64,000 nucleotides of DNA from NCBI RefSeq assembly GCF_963921235.1, contig NC_086119.1, positions 22,072,001-22,136,000 on the forward strand. Reading direction: 5' to 3'. The stretch's first letter is position 1; every line of letters starts with the position of its first letter. This document shows, in pieces, positions 51,039-64,000 of the stretch. The notes below the pieces were generated by a model that was given only the letters and a program-made list of their open reading frames with translations, did no database searches and had not been told where the DNA came from. The translations under genes and the position numbers were made by a program. The DNA is from Mobula hypostoma (taxonomy: Eukaryota).

Positions 51039-54000
51039 GTAGGTGCATTGCTGTATTTACATTTAAATATTATCAATAATGTATCTTTATTGACATAAAT
51101 GTGCAGCATGCAATAATGAAAATGAGAATTTACTATTATGTAACAGCCCTCCTATTTGATTTCAAGCTTACTTGTGAGCCATGAACAAAATGTTGGCTAC
51201 TGGTATGACCAGTGTCAGTCCACTTATAGAATGAGTTTTCATGGCATGTGAAAAGGTATTTGACATTATTATATATTATTATAGTGTAGTGTATTATATT
51301 GTACCTATAGTTATCATAACTCTATTAATTTCAAGTAAGTACGCAAAAAGATAGGTCTGGTCAGCAGGTCGAGATTCTAAATTGGAGGAAGACCAATTTC
51401 GATGGTATCAGAAAGGATCTGCCAAGTGTGTACTGGGACAGGCCAGTCCCTGGAATAGGTGTACTTGGTAAGTGGTAGTCCTTCAAAAACAAAAATTGGA
51501 GAGTACGGAGTTTATATTTACCTGTCAGAATAAAAGGTAAAGATAACAGATTTAAGGAACGTGATTTTCAAGAGATATTAGGCAGGCAGGAACAAATGAA
51601 TTGCTTATGGAATTTAAGAAATACAGAACACTTAAGAAAGAAATCAGGAAGACTAAAAGAAGGCATAAGGTTGCTTTAGCAGACAAGGTGAAGGAGAATC
51701 TTAAGGGATTTATAGATAAGTTAAGCGCAAAAGGATTGTAAAAGACAAAATTGGTCCTCTGAAAAATCAGAATGGTAATCCATGCATGTAGCCAAAAAAG
51801 ATGGGGGAAACCTTAAATAAATTTTTTACACCTGTATTTACTCAGGAGACAGATGCAGAGTCTACAGAAGTAAGGCAAAGTGGTATCAACTTCATGGACC
51901 CTGTCTCGATTACTGAGGAGGAGGTGTTTGCTATCTTGCAGCAAAGTAGGGTGGATAAGTCCTCAGGGTCTGAGAAGATGTTCCCTCGAATCATGTGGGA
52001 GGCAAATGCTGAAATAACCAGGGGCCTAGCGGAGATATGTAAATCATCCTTAGCAACAGATGAGGTACCAGAGAATTGGAGGAGAGCCAATGTTGTTTCA
52101 CTGTTTAAGAAAGGCTCTAAAAATAAAGCAGGAAGTTATGGGTCAGTGAGCCTGACATCAGTAGTAGGAAAGTTATTGGAAGGTATTCTAAGGGACTGGA
52201 TATATGAGTAATTGGATCGACATAGACTGATCAGGAATGGTCAGCCTGGCTTTGTGCATGGTAGGTCATGTTTAACCAATCTCATAGAGTTTTTTGAAAG
52301 AATTACAGTGCTGTCACAGGTAGATAGGGTTGTAAAGAAAGCTTTTGGCACATTGGCCTTCATAAATCAAAGTACTGAGTACAGGAGGTGTTATGTTGAA
52401 GTTGTATAAAACATTGGTGATGCCTAATTTGGAGTATTGTGTGCAGTTTTGGTGAGCCTTCTACAGGAAAGATGTAAATAAGGTTGAAAGAATACAGAGA
52501 AAATTTACAAGGATGTTGCTGGGTCTGGAGGATCTGAGTTATAGGGAAAGATTGAATAGGTTAAGACTTCATTCCTTGGGACATAGAAGACTGAGGAGAG
52601 ATTTGAAATTATGATGGGTATAAATAGAGTAAATGTAAGCAGGCTTTTTCCACTGGGACTACAACTAGAAGTCATGGGTTAAGGGTGAAAAGTGAAATGT
52701 TTAAGGGGAACATGAGGGGAAATTTCTTCTCTCAGAGGGTTGTGAGAGTGTGGAATGAGCTGCCAGGCCAAGTGGTGCATGCGATCTCAATTTCAACATT
52801 TAAGAGAAGTTTGGATTGGTACATGGATCATAGAGGTATGGCCATCTACAGTCCTCATGCAGGTTGGTGAGAGTGGACAGTTTAATTGTCTTGGCATGGA
52901 CGAGTTGGGTCAAAGGGCCAGTTTCAGTGCTGTACTTTTCTATGAATCTACTATTTTACTCTTCTAGTATTCATTTTCCTAAGATAATGTTACCAGTTAC
53001 ATTTTACAGCAACTAATACTATTAGTTTGTTATAAGAGTATTGAATTCAACAGATCCCCAGTACAATCAACTCTTGACTTCAGAGTCTACCTCATTATGA
53101 TCGTGCACCATTTTGTCTACTTGCACTGCACTGTGTCCATTGCACTTTATTTTGCATTCTGTTTTTGTTTTACCTTGAACTATGTAATGATTTAATCTGT
53201 GTGAACAGTCTCAAAGACAAGCTTTTCACTGTACCTCCTCAGTACATGTCACAATAATAAATCAAATCCAATTCCAGTTCCAGTTTGAAAAGGGCAAAAC
53301 TGAAATGGAAAATGAGTGTAGCATATTGTTCAAACATTCTTACTGTACTAGTGAACTGAAGCAGCAGGTATCATAAAGTTATTTCACCATGAAGTCCTTT
53401 GCAGGCAAGACCAATCTTGATCTTTTTTTCTTGAACGCTTTCCACCAGCAATTAATGGATAACAACTCGGTGTGAGCACTTCAGTTAATCTTTTTTTTTC
53501 TCCACATTCCTCCTTTTGCGCCATCTTACTCAGTGCATACTCAGTGTTGTCTGTCTGAATCAGCAGTCACCACTTAAGGCTGCTGTAGCTGAAACTTAAG
53601 GTACATAGTTTGGTTTAAGTTTGAACTTAAAGTTGTAATTTTTCAATTATGAGAGTGGCGATGGAGACTCATTTGCCTCTCTTTAATTCTTAGATTATCA
53701 TATATGAGCATGAAAACTTCCAAGGGCGTTGGGTGGACATTAACGCAGAGTGCCGAAACATCTGCGAACGAGGATTTGATAGAGTGGGATCCATTCGTGT
53801 TGAATGCGGACCGTGAGTTTTTCCTATCTCTACTTAACCAATCGCAGTGCAGAGCAACTATATGTTAACTTTTCTGATGTTTGTGGTTTCCTCCAACTTT
53901 TAAGGATTGCCAGAAAAGTATTCTCGAGTAGTGACTGAGCCCACAGGCAGTCAATACCTTGTCAAGATGATGTCTAATTCCTTCACAAGGTGTTGGCCAT

Positions 54001-57000
54001 GCTTTATGTAATGGGATCGACAACTATGGAGAACTATGCACCTATAGGCATAACTGTGTATCACAGAACAGAATTTTTAAAATATACAGTGCAGAACACA
54101 TATGCTTAATTACTGGGGTAGAACTGTTTGTGACAGTTCTGACTTGAGTTAGTCCCAGACTTACTTTCATTCATCATTAAGTTTGTCAGTGAAGAAAGCG
54201 TAAATAGGGTCAGTTCCTGCCACTGGCTGCATGGAGTCTGTACTTTCTCCCCGTGACCGTGTGGGTTTCCTCCCACAGTCCAAAGAGGTACCAGTCGGTA
54301 GGTTAATTGCTCTTTGTAAATTGTCCCGTGATTGGGCTAGGATTAAATCGGGGGGTTGCTGGGCAGTGTGGCTCGTGGGGCTGATTCCATGCTGTATCTT
54401 AATAAATTTATAAAAAAAGGATAGTCCAAATCAGAACCCTGTCTTACCAGGCAAGATACTTAAGTATGATATCGCTTCCTTTATTTTTTTCTTTAATTAA
54501 TTATTTTAAAATACTTCTTAGTTATCTTTACATATTACCTTTTCAAACACAGCAGTCCTTCAGATCAAGATTATAAGTAATCTTTTGGAGTGGGGAGGGT
54601 TCAGAATTCAGACCTAGAGACAATAAAAAACTTGATATATTTGATAGATTTATATTAACCTGTCCTAAGATATCCTCATGTGATGTTAAGATTTATTTGA
54701 AGTGTTTTATCATAAAGGTACTTTATAAATCCAATTTACTATTTATGGCATGACATGTTGTTTGCAAATCGAAACAAAACAATCCTATAATGGAATGCTA
54801 TTTGCAATATAAATAGAGGTCCTTACATACCATTTTGCTTGCTGTTTCCCTGTAGCTATGTATCTTAATAATGATTTCTATAGTAAATGTATACTAAATG
54901 CTTTTTCATACATACTCGTTGCATCCTAGAGTGCTGAAGTACTGTGGCCTATCCAATATTATCAACTGATTCATTATCACTTCCTTCTACTTAATGCCTT
55001 TACCACATGCATTCTTTTCAGGGACCAGACATCTGGATGCAACATTTTCTTATTTTCCCATCTTATTGTCAATTATGCCATCAAATTTTTATTTTGCTTC
55101 CTTTTCACAAATGTGTCACTTCAGAAGAATAAATCTGATACCATAGTATTCCATACTCTGTTATCTTTGCACATTGAAAATGTACATGTTCTGATATCTG
55201 TGTCCCAGTAGACCAAGTTGGAACAAACCTGTGATACTAAAACTTATTACTGAGAAGTATCCTTCAGATACATGATATGAGGTTCATATTATTAATTGCA
55301 AGAGGAAATTCTGACATTTCTTGCATTCGTTTGCTTTTCAGATGGGTGGGTTACGAACAACAAAATTTCTGTGGCGAGATGTTCATGTTGGAGAAAGGAG
55401 AATATCCTCGTTGGGACTCCTGGTCCAATAGCTATCACACTGACTGCATGATGTCTTTCAGACCAGTTAGAATGGTAAGAGGCTTTCTGTGTAGTTTGTA
55501 TATCTCATATGAATATTAGAACGAGATACAAATTAAGCTAAAAGTGTTTACGTAATACATGATTTTTTTCTGTTTGAAGCAGAATATTTTCAAATGAAAA
55601 CAATAATACAGATTCTGTTTAATTCCATTCAAGTTTAATTGCCGTTCAACCATACATGAATACTCATGAATACAGTCAATGTGACAGCGTTACTCCAGGG
55701 TCAAGTTGCAAAACACAGTACCAACAGTCACACACAGCACAAAGCACACATAGCACGTACAAAGTAGGAAACACATAAAGGTATCAGAAAGATACAGCCA
55801 TGCAATAAAAAGTCCATCAGTGCTGCAGAAATCTGCAATCAACCACAACAGAGCTTTGTCTTCTGCTGAATGAACACTGGGGCAGGGTGGCAGCACCAAC
55901 TCCAACCTGGGTGTTGCAACACACCGCCCCTGGTGGGTTGCACCAGCTCTGATGCCTCACACTTGGCTGGTGGCCTAATCCACACACATACAAGATAGCA
56001 AGCGCATATAGGATATCAGTAAAATACAATCTTGCAAAATATATAAATACAAAATGTTCCATAGAATCAAAGAAGACGGATTTTGTGGGTGATAATCTCC
56101 AGTATGATGACATAAACAAATGGATAAAATGATCAGGAACTTGAATAGATGCTAAAATGAAAGTGTGAGACTGGGAGATTCCAATTTCAGAGTCCATTAG
56201 TAACAGTAATGAGCCATGAAGAAGTGCACTGTGGTATCTGAACAAGCCTGAGTCAAAGGCCCTGGTAGAAAAACACGACAAAATATTATGAACTAATAAA
56301 AGGAGGTCATTAGTTCAGGACATCATTAAAACATTATGTTGAACTTTAGTCAACACTAGCATTTAGGGTTCTTGTCACCACACTGGAGGAAGGATGTGAT
56401 TGCACTGGAGAGAGTGTAGAGGAGATTCACTTGGATATTGCTGGAATGGAAGACTTCCGTTTTGGGGAGAGATTGGATTGCTGGATTTGCTTTCCCAGGA
56501 GTGAAGGCAGGTGAGAGGTGAACTGATAAAGCTATACAGGTTAAAGCCTTTTAGTTTGCCACCCTTAGGGCCTGATTGGTGCCAGCCCACAGAAAATTTG
56601 GACCAGAGAAACAGGTTCCAATCACCTTCCTCTGAACGGGAGAACTGTTCTTTCTTAAGTATAGATACTCACTGGGTCAAGTGAAGGTTCCAAGGACAGA
56701 GATAATCAAACCGTAGCTTCAACCACCTGACCACTGTTAGCTAATTTTATTGCACAACATGCTTATAATTCAGGACCCCTATAATGCCAGCATTTAACCC
56801 AACATCTCTGTATGTTGGAAATACTGTCATCTGAGACTGCAAATGCTGCACTGGTAGGTTAATTAGCCATGGTTTAATATAGATCTCAGTTAATTTTAGA
56901 ACTTAGTTAGAATTGGTTAATTAGTATTGATTTGTACAATAGATTCAAAACAGGCTGGACCAAAGAATTCTGGACTAGAGGGTTTCAACCTATCTATAAT

Positions 57001-60000
57001 TGTAAATGTATACAGGTAGATTAGAATATGAGAGTCTTTTTCCCGTGGCTGGGGTATCAAGAACAAGACGGCATAGGATTGAGATGAGAGGAAGGAGTTT
57101 TAATAGGGTGTTTTGAGGGACAAGTTTTTTTTACATGGAGATTGGTTGTTATCTGGAACCTGCTGCTAGAGAATGTGCTGGAGTCAGATGCTATCACTTC
57201 ATTTAAGAAGCTTTTAGATAAGCAAGGCAGAGATGGAAATGGAACTAGTGTGGGCAAATGGTGTTAGGGTAGATGGGTAGATGGGTAAAAACGGGTCATC
57301 ATGGACAAGGAGGCTGAAGGGTCTGACTCTGTACTAGACAACTTGATGACACTACAAGTAACAGTAACATAATCCCTCAAGAGCAGAAAAGATCAACAGA
57401 AAAGGATTAACTAAAAAAACTACCCAGCAGAAATAAAGAGGAATATTAAATTGCTTGTGTAAGAGGAATAAAAGAAAGCAGGTGGGATAAAATTGGCACC
57501 CTAATGTTGTAGGTTATGAAGTGTTTCGTTATGGTTGGAAAAGAAGAAGGAATGAGAGTTGAGTTAATGGTAATTAGTTTAACATGAAAGAACAAAAGTA
57601 ACAAAAGGAAAGAAAAAAAGTCCAAATAGACTGAGATGAAGCAAAAGAGGGGATCATTATTAGAAGTGTACTGGACTTCTCCAGATGGTGGAATAGAAAT
57701 GAAAGGAAAAAATAGGTAGGGAAATACCTGAAATTAATTATGCAGGATCATAGTCATGCAGGATTGAACTACCACCAAATAAACTAGAAAAAAAGGATTA
57801 AAAAGTGAGACGAGCAGAGATTTATAGGGGACACATGCTTCTTTTTTGACCCAGAGTATTAAATATTATATAAAGGTAATTAACCCAAAAGCATAATGGC
57901 CACATGGAAAAATATTCAGGTACTAGTTAATGCGTATTTAAGTTGTGTTTTCAATTAAGTCTGTAATAATAATACTTCTTTTAATAACACAATGAAATCA
58001 CTTACCATACTTAAAACTTTCATATCAGGATGGCCAGGATCATAAAATTTGTCTCCATGAATGTGCCAACTTTGACGGAAGGAAAATGGAGATCTGTGAT
58101 GAGGATATTCCCAGTTTGTGGGCCTATGGTTTCCAAGACAGAGTTGCCAGCATTAAAGTCATTGGTGGAACGTGAGTAATAGCCTTTTCTTCAAAGACTT
58201 TTTTTGTAATTGGACCTTCTGTTTCTCAAATTTGAATGAATGTCAAATTTGGAATCCCAAATATTGGATTTATTTTCATCCACTAACAACTTGGATAATG
58301 TGGCATTCTATTAGACAAGTGCAGCTCAGGACCAGAAAATGGTTGACTACAGGAATATGTGAGAAAAGACTCATGGCACTTTGTTTTTGAAGAAATAAAC
58401 TCAATGAGGTGCAGGATGAATACAATGATATACTGTACTTTGACTTCAAAGCCTAAAGGAAAACTGTAATATCTAATAAGAAAACACATTGTCTTATGGC
58501 TTGAATGGCTTATGTAAAAAGGTTAGAAATACAAATTTATAAAATTATGGAGATCTTTTTCTTCTTATGTTGATCTAGTTAGATTTTTAAAAAAGTAACT
58601 TTTTACAAAGCTTTACACTTGTTTCATTTGAATAAGCACTTTTAAGGAATATTCTTGTGGTCAGCCCTTTAGTTGGTATGACCAGTGGTCTATTCCACTG
58701 CCACATTCCGTACCTCTCTTTACCCAATAATGATAATTCTACATCAATAAATTGCACATTAATTTTAAATTTTGTGTGTATTTTGCAATATTATTTATAT
58801 ATTATGTGGAGGCTATTTTGTACAGAAAATGTGTAACATTTTTATAGAAGATGCAGATTATATGTTGTATCGATTTGAGAGTAGTCCTCATGAAAGTAAA
58901 TGTCTTCCCCCGTTGATTCTTCCTGATGCAAAAATCAGTTCCTTTTTGATGCTTAGCATTGTTACAGATGACACATACGGAATTATCTAGCCGCAAATTT
59001 AAGCAGCGTAAAGGCACATGGGACCGTTAAACTCAATAAGTCGATTACCACATATCCTTCCTGCAACCTTGCAAGTTTATATCTCTCAAGCTGCTGCTCT
59101 CAAGTTTTCAGTTTTCACCTCATCCTTGTCCACAGAGTTCCAACTCATTACAGTTTACTGTTTTAAAAAATCCTTTTCAGATTTATATTTTTTTGACATT
59201 TAAATATTCAAAGAATCTGGAGAAATCTGGGGGATAGTGCAGAAGAATGACACCAAGGTGAAGGATCTGCCACGATCTTGGGTGCCACATTAATGAAGCA
59301 GTTAGCATGCCAAGTGTCACAATGGCGGGGGCATTGGGAGCAAGGGTGGACCCAAATGCAAGACACATCTTGTGAGGTTACTTAAATTTAGTTTATTGTT
59401 CGAAACCAGAAGAGCAAGGCAGGAGTAGGAATAGCGAACTGGACAAGGACTGAGGACTATGACTAGACTGGGACCAAGGGTTTGGGCTAGGACTCGGAAT
59501 TGGCTCCCAGAACTAGAGGAGACATGAAGAGGCTAGGGTATGGGCTCCGAGCCAGAGACTGGGCAAGGACCCAGTACCTGGGTCTTGCCTCTGGCTCGGA
59601 CCCCAGAACCAGGCAAGGACGTGACATGGGCTAGGGAGGGGAGGAACATAGGAACACAGAGCCTCGATCTTGGGGAGCAGGTACATGGAACCATGGACAC
59701 ATACACAGATCACAGAGTCGGGACCCTTCCTTGGGTACAGGATATAGGGCTGGGACTCACACACAGAACAGAGAGCTGGGACCCCTCCTTGGGTACAGGA
59801 CATAGGGCTGGGAGTAGACGTGGTGCTTGAATGCCGCCAGGACCAGGACTTGACTTGGAACTTGAATGCCACCGGAGCCAGGACTTGACTTGGAGCCTCC
59901 GGGTAGTGGCGAGCTCTCGACTCGGCCCGGGAACAGTAGACAGCAGTTCTTGATTCCCTCCGGCGGGTTAACTGATGGACCCACCTCGGTGAGGAAACTT

Positions 60001-61201
60001 TGCAGGCTCGCTCTGGCGAGGTAACTGGACAGGGTTGCTCCAGTGAGGAAGGGCAAATTACCAGCACTCGCTTCGGCAGAGACTAGGCTTGCTCCAGCCA
60101 GATGACATTGGCACACCGTACCTTTAATGACTTTGCAGATGCTCCCGCGCCGAACGGCTGAAAGCCGGAGACTATAAACTACCGGTTCAGCCGAGCGTTA
60201 ATTGCCTCTAATCACCAAAGCCGAGGGACAAGGGAAAACAGGGAATCAACGGTCTGGATCGTAACATAAACAAGGTAAATTTAAAGGGATCCCGATCCGG
60301 ACCATGACAGCCAAGTGGTTAAGGCATTGGACTAGCGACCTGAAGGTCGTGAGTTCGAGCTCCAGCCAAGGCAACGTGTTGTGTCCTTGAGCAAGGCACT
60401 TAATCACACATTGCTCTGCGACGACACTGGTGCCAAGCTGTATGGGTCCTAATGCCCTTCCCTTGGACAACATTGTGTCATGGAGAGGGGAGACTTGCAG
60501 CATGGGCAACTGCTGGTCTTCCATACAACATTGCCCAGGCCTGTGCCCTGGAGAGTGAAGACTTTCCAGGCACAGATCCATGGTCTCGCAAGACTAACGG
60601 ATGCCTTTATTAGCATGATGCTATTACTACTCGGGGCATCGGAGTTCAGAGTTCAGTTCTGGTGCTGTCTGTAAGGAGTCTCTGTATGTCCTCCCAATGG
60701 GACGTGTGGGTTTTCCCTGCATGCTTCATTTTCCTCCCACAGTGTCCAAAGCTGTACCGGGTAGTTTAACTGGTCATTGAAAAATTGTCCCATGACTGGG
60801 TTAGGGCTGAATTGGGGCGGCCCAGCTTGAAGGCTTGGAAGGGCCTACTGTTTCTCAAAATAAATAAGTAAATAAACTCCAGCTTCTCCAACTTAAACTT
60901 GAAGTGAAAATCCCTCATCTCCAGGATTAATTTATGTGTACAAGAAGTGACAGTATTCATTATATTTGCACAGTAATATGATTTGAAGCCATTATTATTA
61001 ATCAATATTTTTTGTATTTATGTATTTTATAGATGGGTTGGCTATGAGTATCCGGGCTACAGGGGTTCCCAGTACGTGCTTGAATGTGGATCTTACAAGC
61101 ACTGGAACGAATGGGGTGCCAAACAGCCCTTGATTCAGTCCATGCGCCGTGTGAAGGATCAGCAATGGTACAAAAGGGGCTGCTTTGAGCTTGTTCAATA
61201 A
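50973..61201 (+). CDS. crybb1l3: beta-crystallin B1-like (basic beta-crystallin), complete, 5 coding exons, 209 aa
   Basis: Exons 50973-51038, 53694-53812, 55342-55474, 58029-58171 and 61033-61201, GT-AG, phases 0,2,0,2. Protein: [209 protein letters not shown]. The C-terminal arm DQQW.KRG.F marks a basic beta-crystallin. The paralog symbol is tentative, inferred from linkage to cryba1. Confidence 0.9.
51345..52945 (+). mobile_element. Internally deleted CR1 LINE in betaB1-like intron 2
   Basis: [34 protein letters not shown] joined directly to [11 protein letters not shown], then CR1 3' end. Confidence 0.85.
53694..53812 (+). CDS. betaB1-like exon 3 (Greek key 1)
   Basis: ttag|[11 protein letters not shown]...VECG|gtgagt. 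Confidence 0.95.
54205..54412 (+). mobile_element. V-SINE (HE1-like); further copies at ~60640-60870 (+) and ~62500-62715 (-)
   Basis: V-domain GGAGTYTGYACGTTCTCCCCGTGACCGTGTGGGTTTCC...GGTTAATTG. Confidence 0.7.
55342..55474 (+). CDS. betaB1-like exon 4 (Greek key 2)
   Basis: tcag|WVGYEQQNF...SFRPVRM|gtaaga. Confidence 0.95.
58029..58171 (+). CDS. betaB1-like exon 5 (Greek key 3)
   Basis: cag|[11 protein letters not shown]...VIGG|gtgagt. Confidence 0.95.
59315..60309 (-). mobile_element. Solo LTR (~1 kb) inserted in the A-box of a tRNA-SINE, in betaB1-like intron 5
   Basis: TGTCA...TGACA termini; flanking GCCAAG duplication; internal tandem repeats; SINE body follows at 60310-60606. Confidence 0.8.
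61033..61201 (+). CDS. betaB1-like exon 6 (Greek key 4, C-terminal arm, stop)
   Basis: atag|[11 protein letters not shown]...FELVQ TAA. Confidence 0.95.
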
Positions 61202-62079
61202 AATGAAACATGCTTCTCGACAGCCATGGGATTGATTTTATTGTTTTCATAACAGAAGTTAAAAATCAATTTTGAGCAAAAATTTATCTATCACAGGTAC
61301 TGTTGTGGTTCATCATTTCCCATTTTAAGTTGATAATTTTAATATCTTCGACATAACTTCCTTTTGCTGACAGCAATCTTAGTTATTCTGGAAGTATTAA
61401 AAAATGACTTCCAGTTTTAATCCAGTTTACACTTTTTAGCTCTCTGTCCTCTGAGCACGTGATCAATCAAATCGTTTCTGAGGCCGTAAATATGATGTTG
61501 GGAAAATGGACCTGCAGTGTGGATGATCTTCGCTGTGTCTTACTCAGGAATGTAGACATCTTTAGTAAACTGCACATTCATACTACAACATTCAATTTTT
61601 TTGTCTCATTTTGATTTCCAATATTTTCAATATTTGTAACCACGTCATCAATTTTACCAATAAATGTCATCTCTGGTACATTACAGCGAAAATAAAACTG
61701 TACCTTCAACCATCTGGCCACAGTTTGCTATTTTTATTGCACAACATGTTTGTAATTCAGGAGCCTCTATAACACCAACATTTCATAACACATTTCTATA
61801 AGTCATTGCGTCACAGGAACCTACACGTCAACCAATTTAAAAAACTTTAATGTATTGACTTGTATATTCTGTGAGTAATGACAGTTCCACCGATATGAGG
61901 AATTTAAAAAAAAGAGGAGCTAGTATTTGGGTTTTAATGTCTCCAGACACATGCTAACATTATAATGATTCATCTTTGTTCCATTTATTTCTAATGGAAG
62001 TCAAGTCAAGACACTTCTATTGCTTGTATGAAATTGAACTCACCAGTTCTCTTTTGATGCCCGAGGTTCATTCCAGTTA

Positions 62080-62440
62080 AAGCAGGCTTTTTAATTGGCC
62101 CCTGACGGAATGTAATGTGCGGTCTCAATTCTGCTGACACTTTCTCGAGTCTGGGGTCAGAGAGCACAGCTTCAGAATACAACGATGTTCCTTTAGAACA
62201 GAGATGAGGAGGAATTTCTTAAGGCAGAGGGTGGCGAACATGCGGAATTCATTACCACAGACTGCTGAGGAAGGATATATTTAAAGTGGAGTTCTAGGTT
62301 CTTGAATATTAAAGGCATCAAAGGTTACGGAAAGAGGCAGGAGAATGGGGTTGGGAGCAGTAATAAATTAGCCATGATGGAATGGTGGAGCAGACTCGAT
62401 GGACTGAATGGTCCAAATCTGCTCCTATGTCTTATGGTCT
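62080..62440 (+). mobile_element. CR1 3' end
   Basis: gagatgaggaggaatttctt...ctcctatgtcttatggtctt terminus. Confidence 0.7.
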
Positions 62441-64000
62441 TCTACAGTTGATTGGAAAAAAGTAAGAATATGAAAATTAGGATTTTAAGGAAAACATATT
62501 TACAGATACAACCCGGTAACAGGCTCCTCTGGCCCAACCAGCCCACAACCACAATTACACCTATGTGACCAATTAACCTACTTGCCTGTATGTCTTTTTG
62601 GAATGTGGGATGAAACCCGGTGGAAACCCACACGGTCACGGGGAGAACGTACAAACTCCTTACAGATGGCAGTGGAAAATGAACTGGGGTCGCTGGCGCT
62701 GTAATAGCGTTAACAGCTACCATTCATTGCTACATTAGGAACGTATAAACCACAACTCCACATATTGATGTAACAAATTAGAAGTCTTCTTTCCCTATAT
62801 TAGTAATTCTTATACCATTAATCTGAACTGCATCTGTTCAGTCAGTGGATTCATGTGTCCCTTACACCTGACATACATATGAAATAACATATCCTCTAAT
62901 TAGCAGCCTGACTCTATGATTAACCTCTGAAATAGTGAAAATTCACAATCTTTATGAAACGAAGCTTTTAAAAACACAAGATTTCCAGTGCAATTGGCTT
63001 GTGTGCACAAATATAAACTAAAATGTGAATTGTGAAATTAAATCCTTGATTTTATGCCCGGGGCACAAAAGAACTCCCTCATAACCAATTTTGCTTAAAA
63101 AATTTTTAAGACATGAAGAGAAGATGTACATTTGCTCAGATGTATCAGTTATTTGTTGTGTTACTGCTGCTAATTCACTTCCAATGATTTCAGTGGAACT
63201 GAATGTGCAGGAAGTGTGTGCAAGTAGTGATTGCTCTGTTTCCTGCCCCAGACCAAAGGTAAATTTCTTTCCTTCTTCAAGAAAAGTTTGGGTAGATACA
63301 TGGATGGCAGAGGTTTGGATGGGGTATATGGTCTGGGTGCAAGTAGACAGGACAACGCAGAAGATAAGCTCAGCATTGACGGGATAGACCAAAAGGCCTG
63401 TTTCTGTGCTGTAGTACTCTATGACTCTATTATAAAGAGATGTGATTGTTTGATACTACTAAATTACTTCTCTGATTCATAGTTTTAGTGAGAATTAATT
63501 GGAAAATATTAATGTAATATATTAGACAGAAATCACTTTAATTTCTATACAACTAAATTATATTCCATCAAACATAAGGAAGGCTGGTCCAATTACAGAG
63601 GTTAAAGGTTGCCACCTCCAGGTGTAGCCTTGAATGAATGCTGAACTTTCCATCTCAATAAAGAAAGGAACAACTTTTGCTTCCACTGGAAGACTCACAG
63701 CACCATTATATCATAACACTTTTCTGCCAGAGTTGCTTTAGAAGTACTTTCACTACATCTATCATTAGGATAACACTGATATTTTCAAGTTCTAATGCAA
63801 ACTTCCTGTACCACTTAAATATAAAGTTTAGTAATGATATAAAAAAAATCAAAGCCTTCCAAAAAAATATTTTTTATACTTTGTACGTATAAGGAGTTAG
63901 ATATAAATCCAGATTTCTATTAGTTTTTTTTTGTTCTTGCAAAATGAACCATGATACATTTTGCATTTTTGATAATTTTCTGCCTACTTATCCATTCTGT

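Noticed and set aside
59513-60116. 184-aa and 119-aa ORFs in betaB1-like intron 5
   Set aside because: They lie in the GC-rich tandem repeats of a solo LTR and have no recognisable domain.

Overview
AT-rich, transposon-dense vertebrate genomic DNA. The repeat families (HE1/V-SINE, CR1, Penelope-like pLTRs) suggest a cartilaginous fish, probably a ray; this is inferred. Three spliced genes were reconstructed by hand, since the ORF track shows only fragments. (1) A complete acidic beta-crystallin, cryba1 (- strand, 194 aa, betaA1 form only). (2) A complete basic betaB1-like crystallin (+ strand, 209 aa), head-to-head with cryba1 with about 6.4 kb between TATA boxes. (3) The 5' part of a previously unrecognised-looking secreted/surface-protein gene (- strand, ATG 5585, running off the left edge) that resembles the otoancorin/mesothelin/stereocilin family and uses a GC-AG intron. 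The rest is nested mobile DNA: many Penelope-like pLTRs carrying minimal hammerhead-ribozyme motifs; a young L1 with an intact ORF2 remainder and an apparent 3' transduction; a twin-primed L1; two decayed Gypsy elements; solo LTRs; hAT/Tc1 MITEs; and a palindromic four-ITR mariner derivative next to the betaB promoter.
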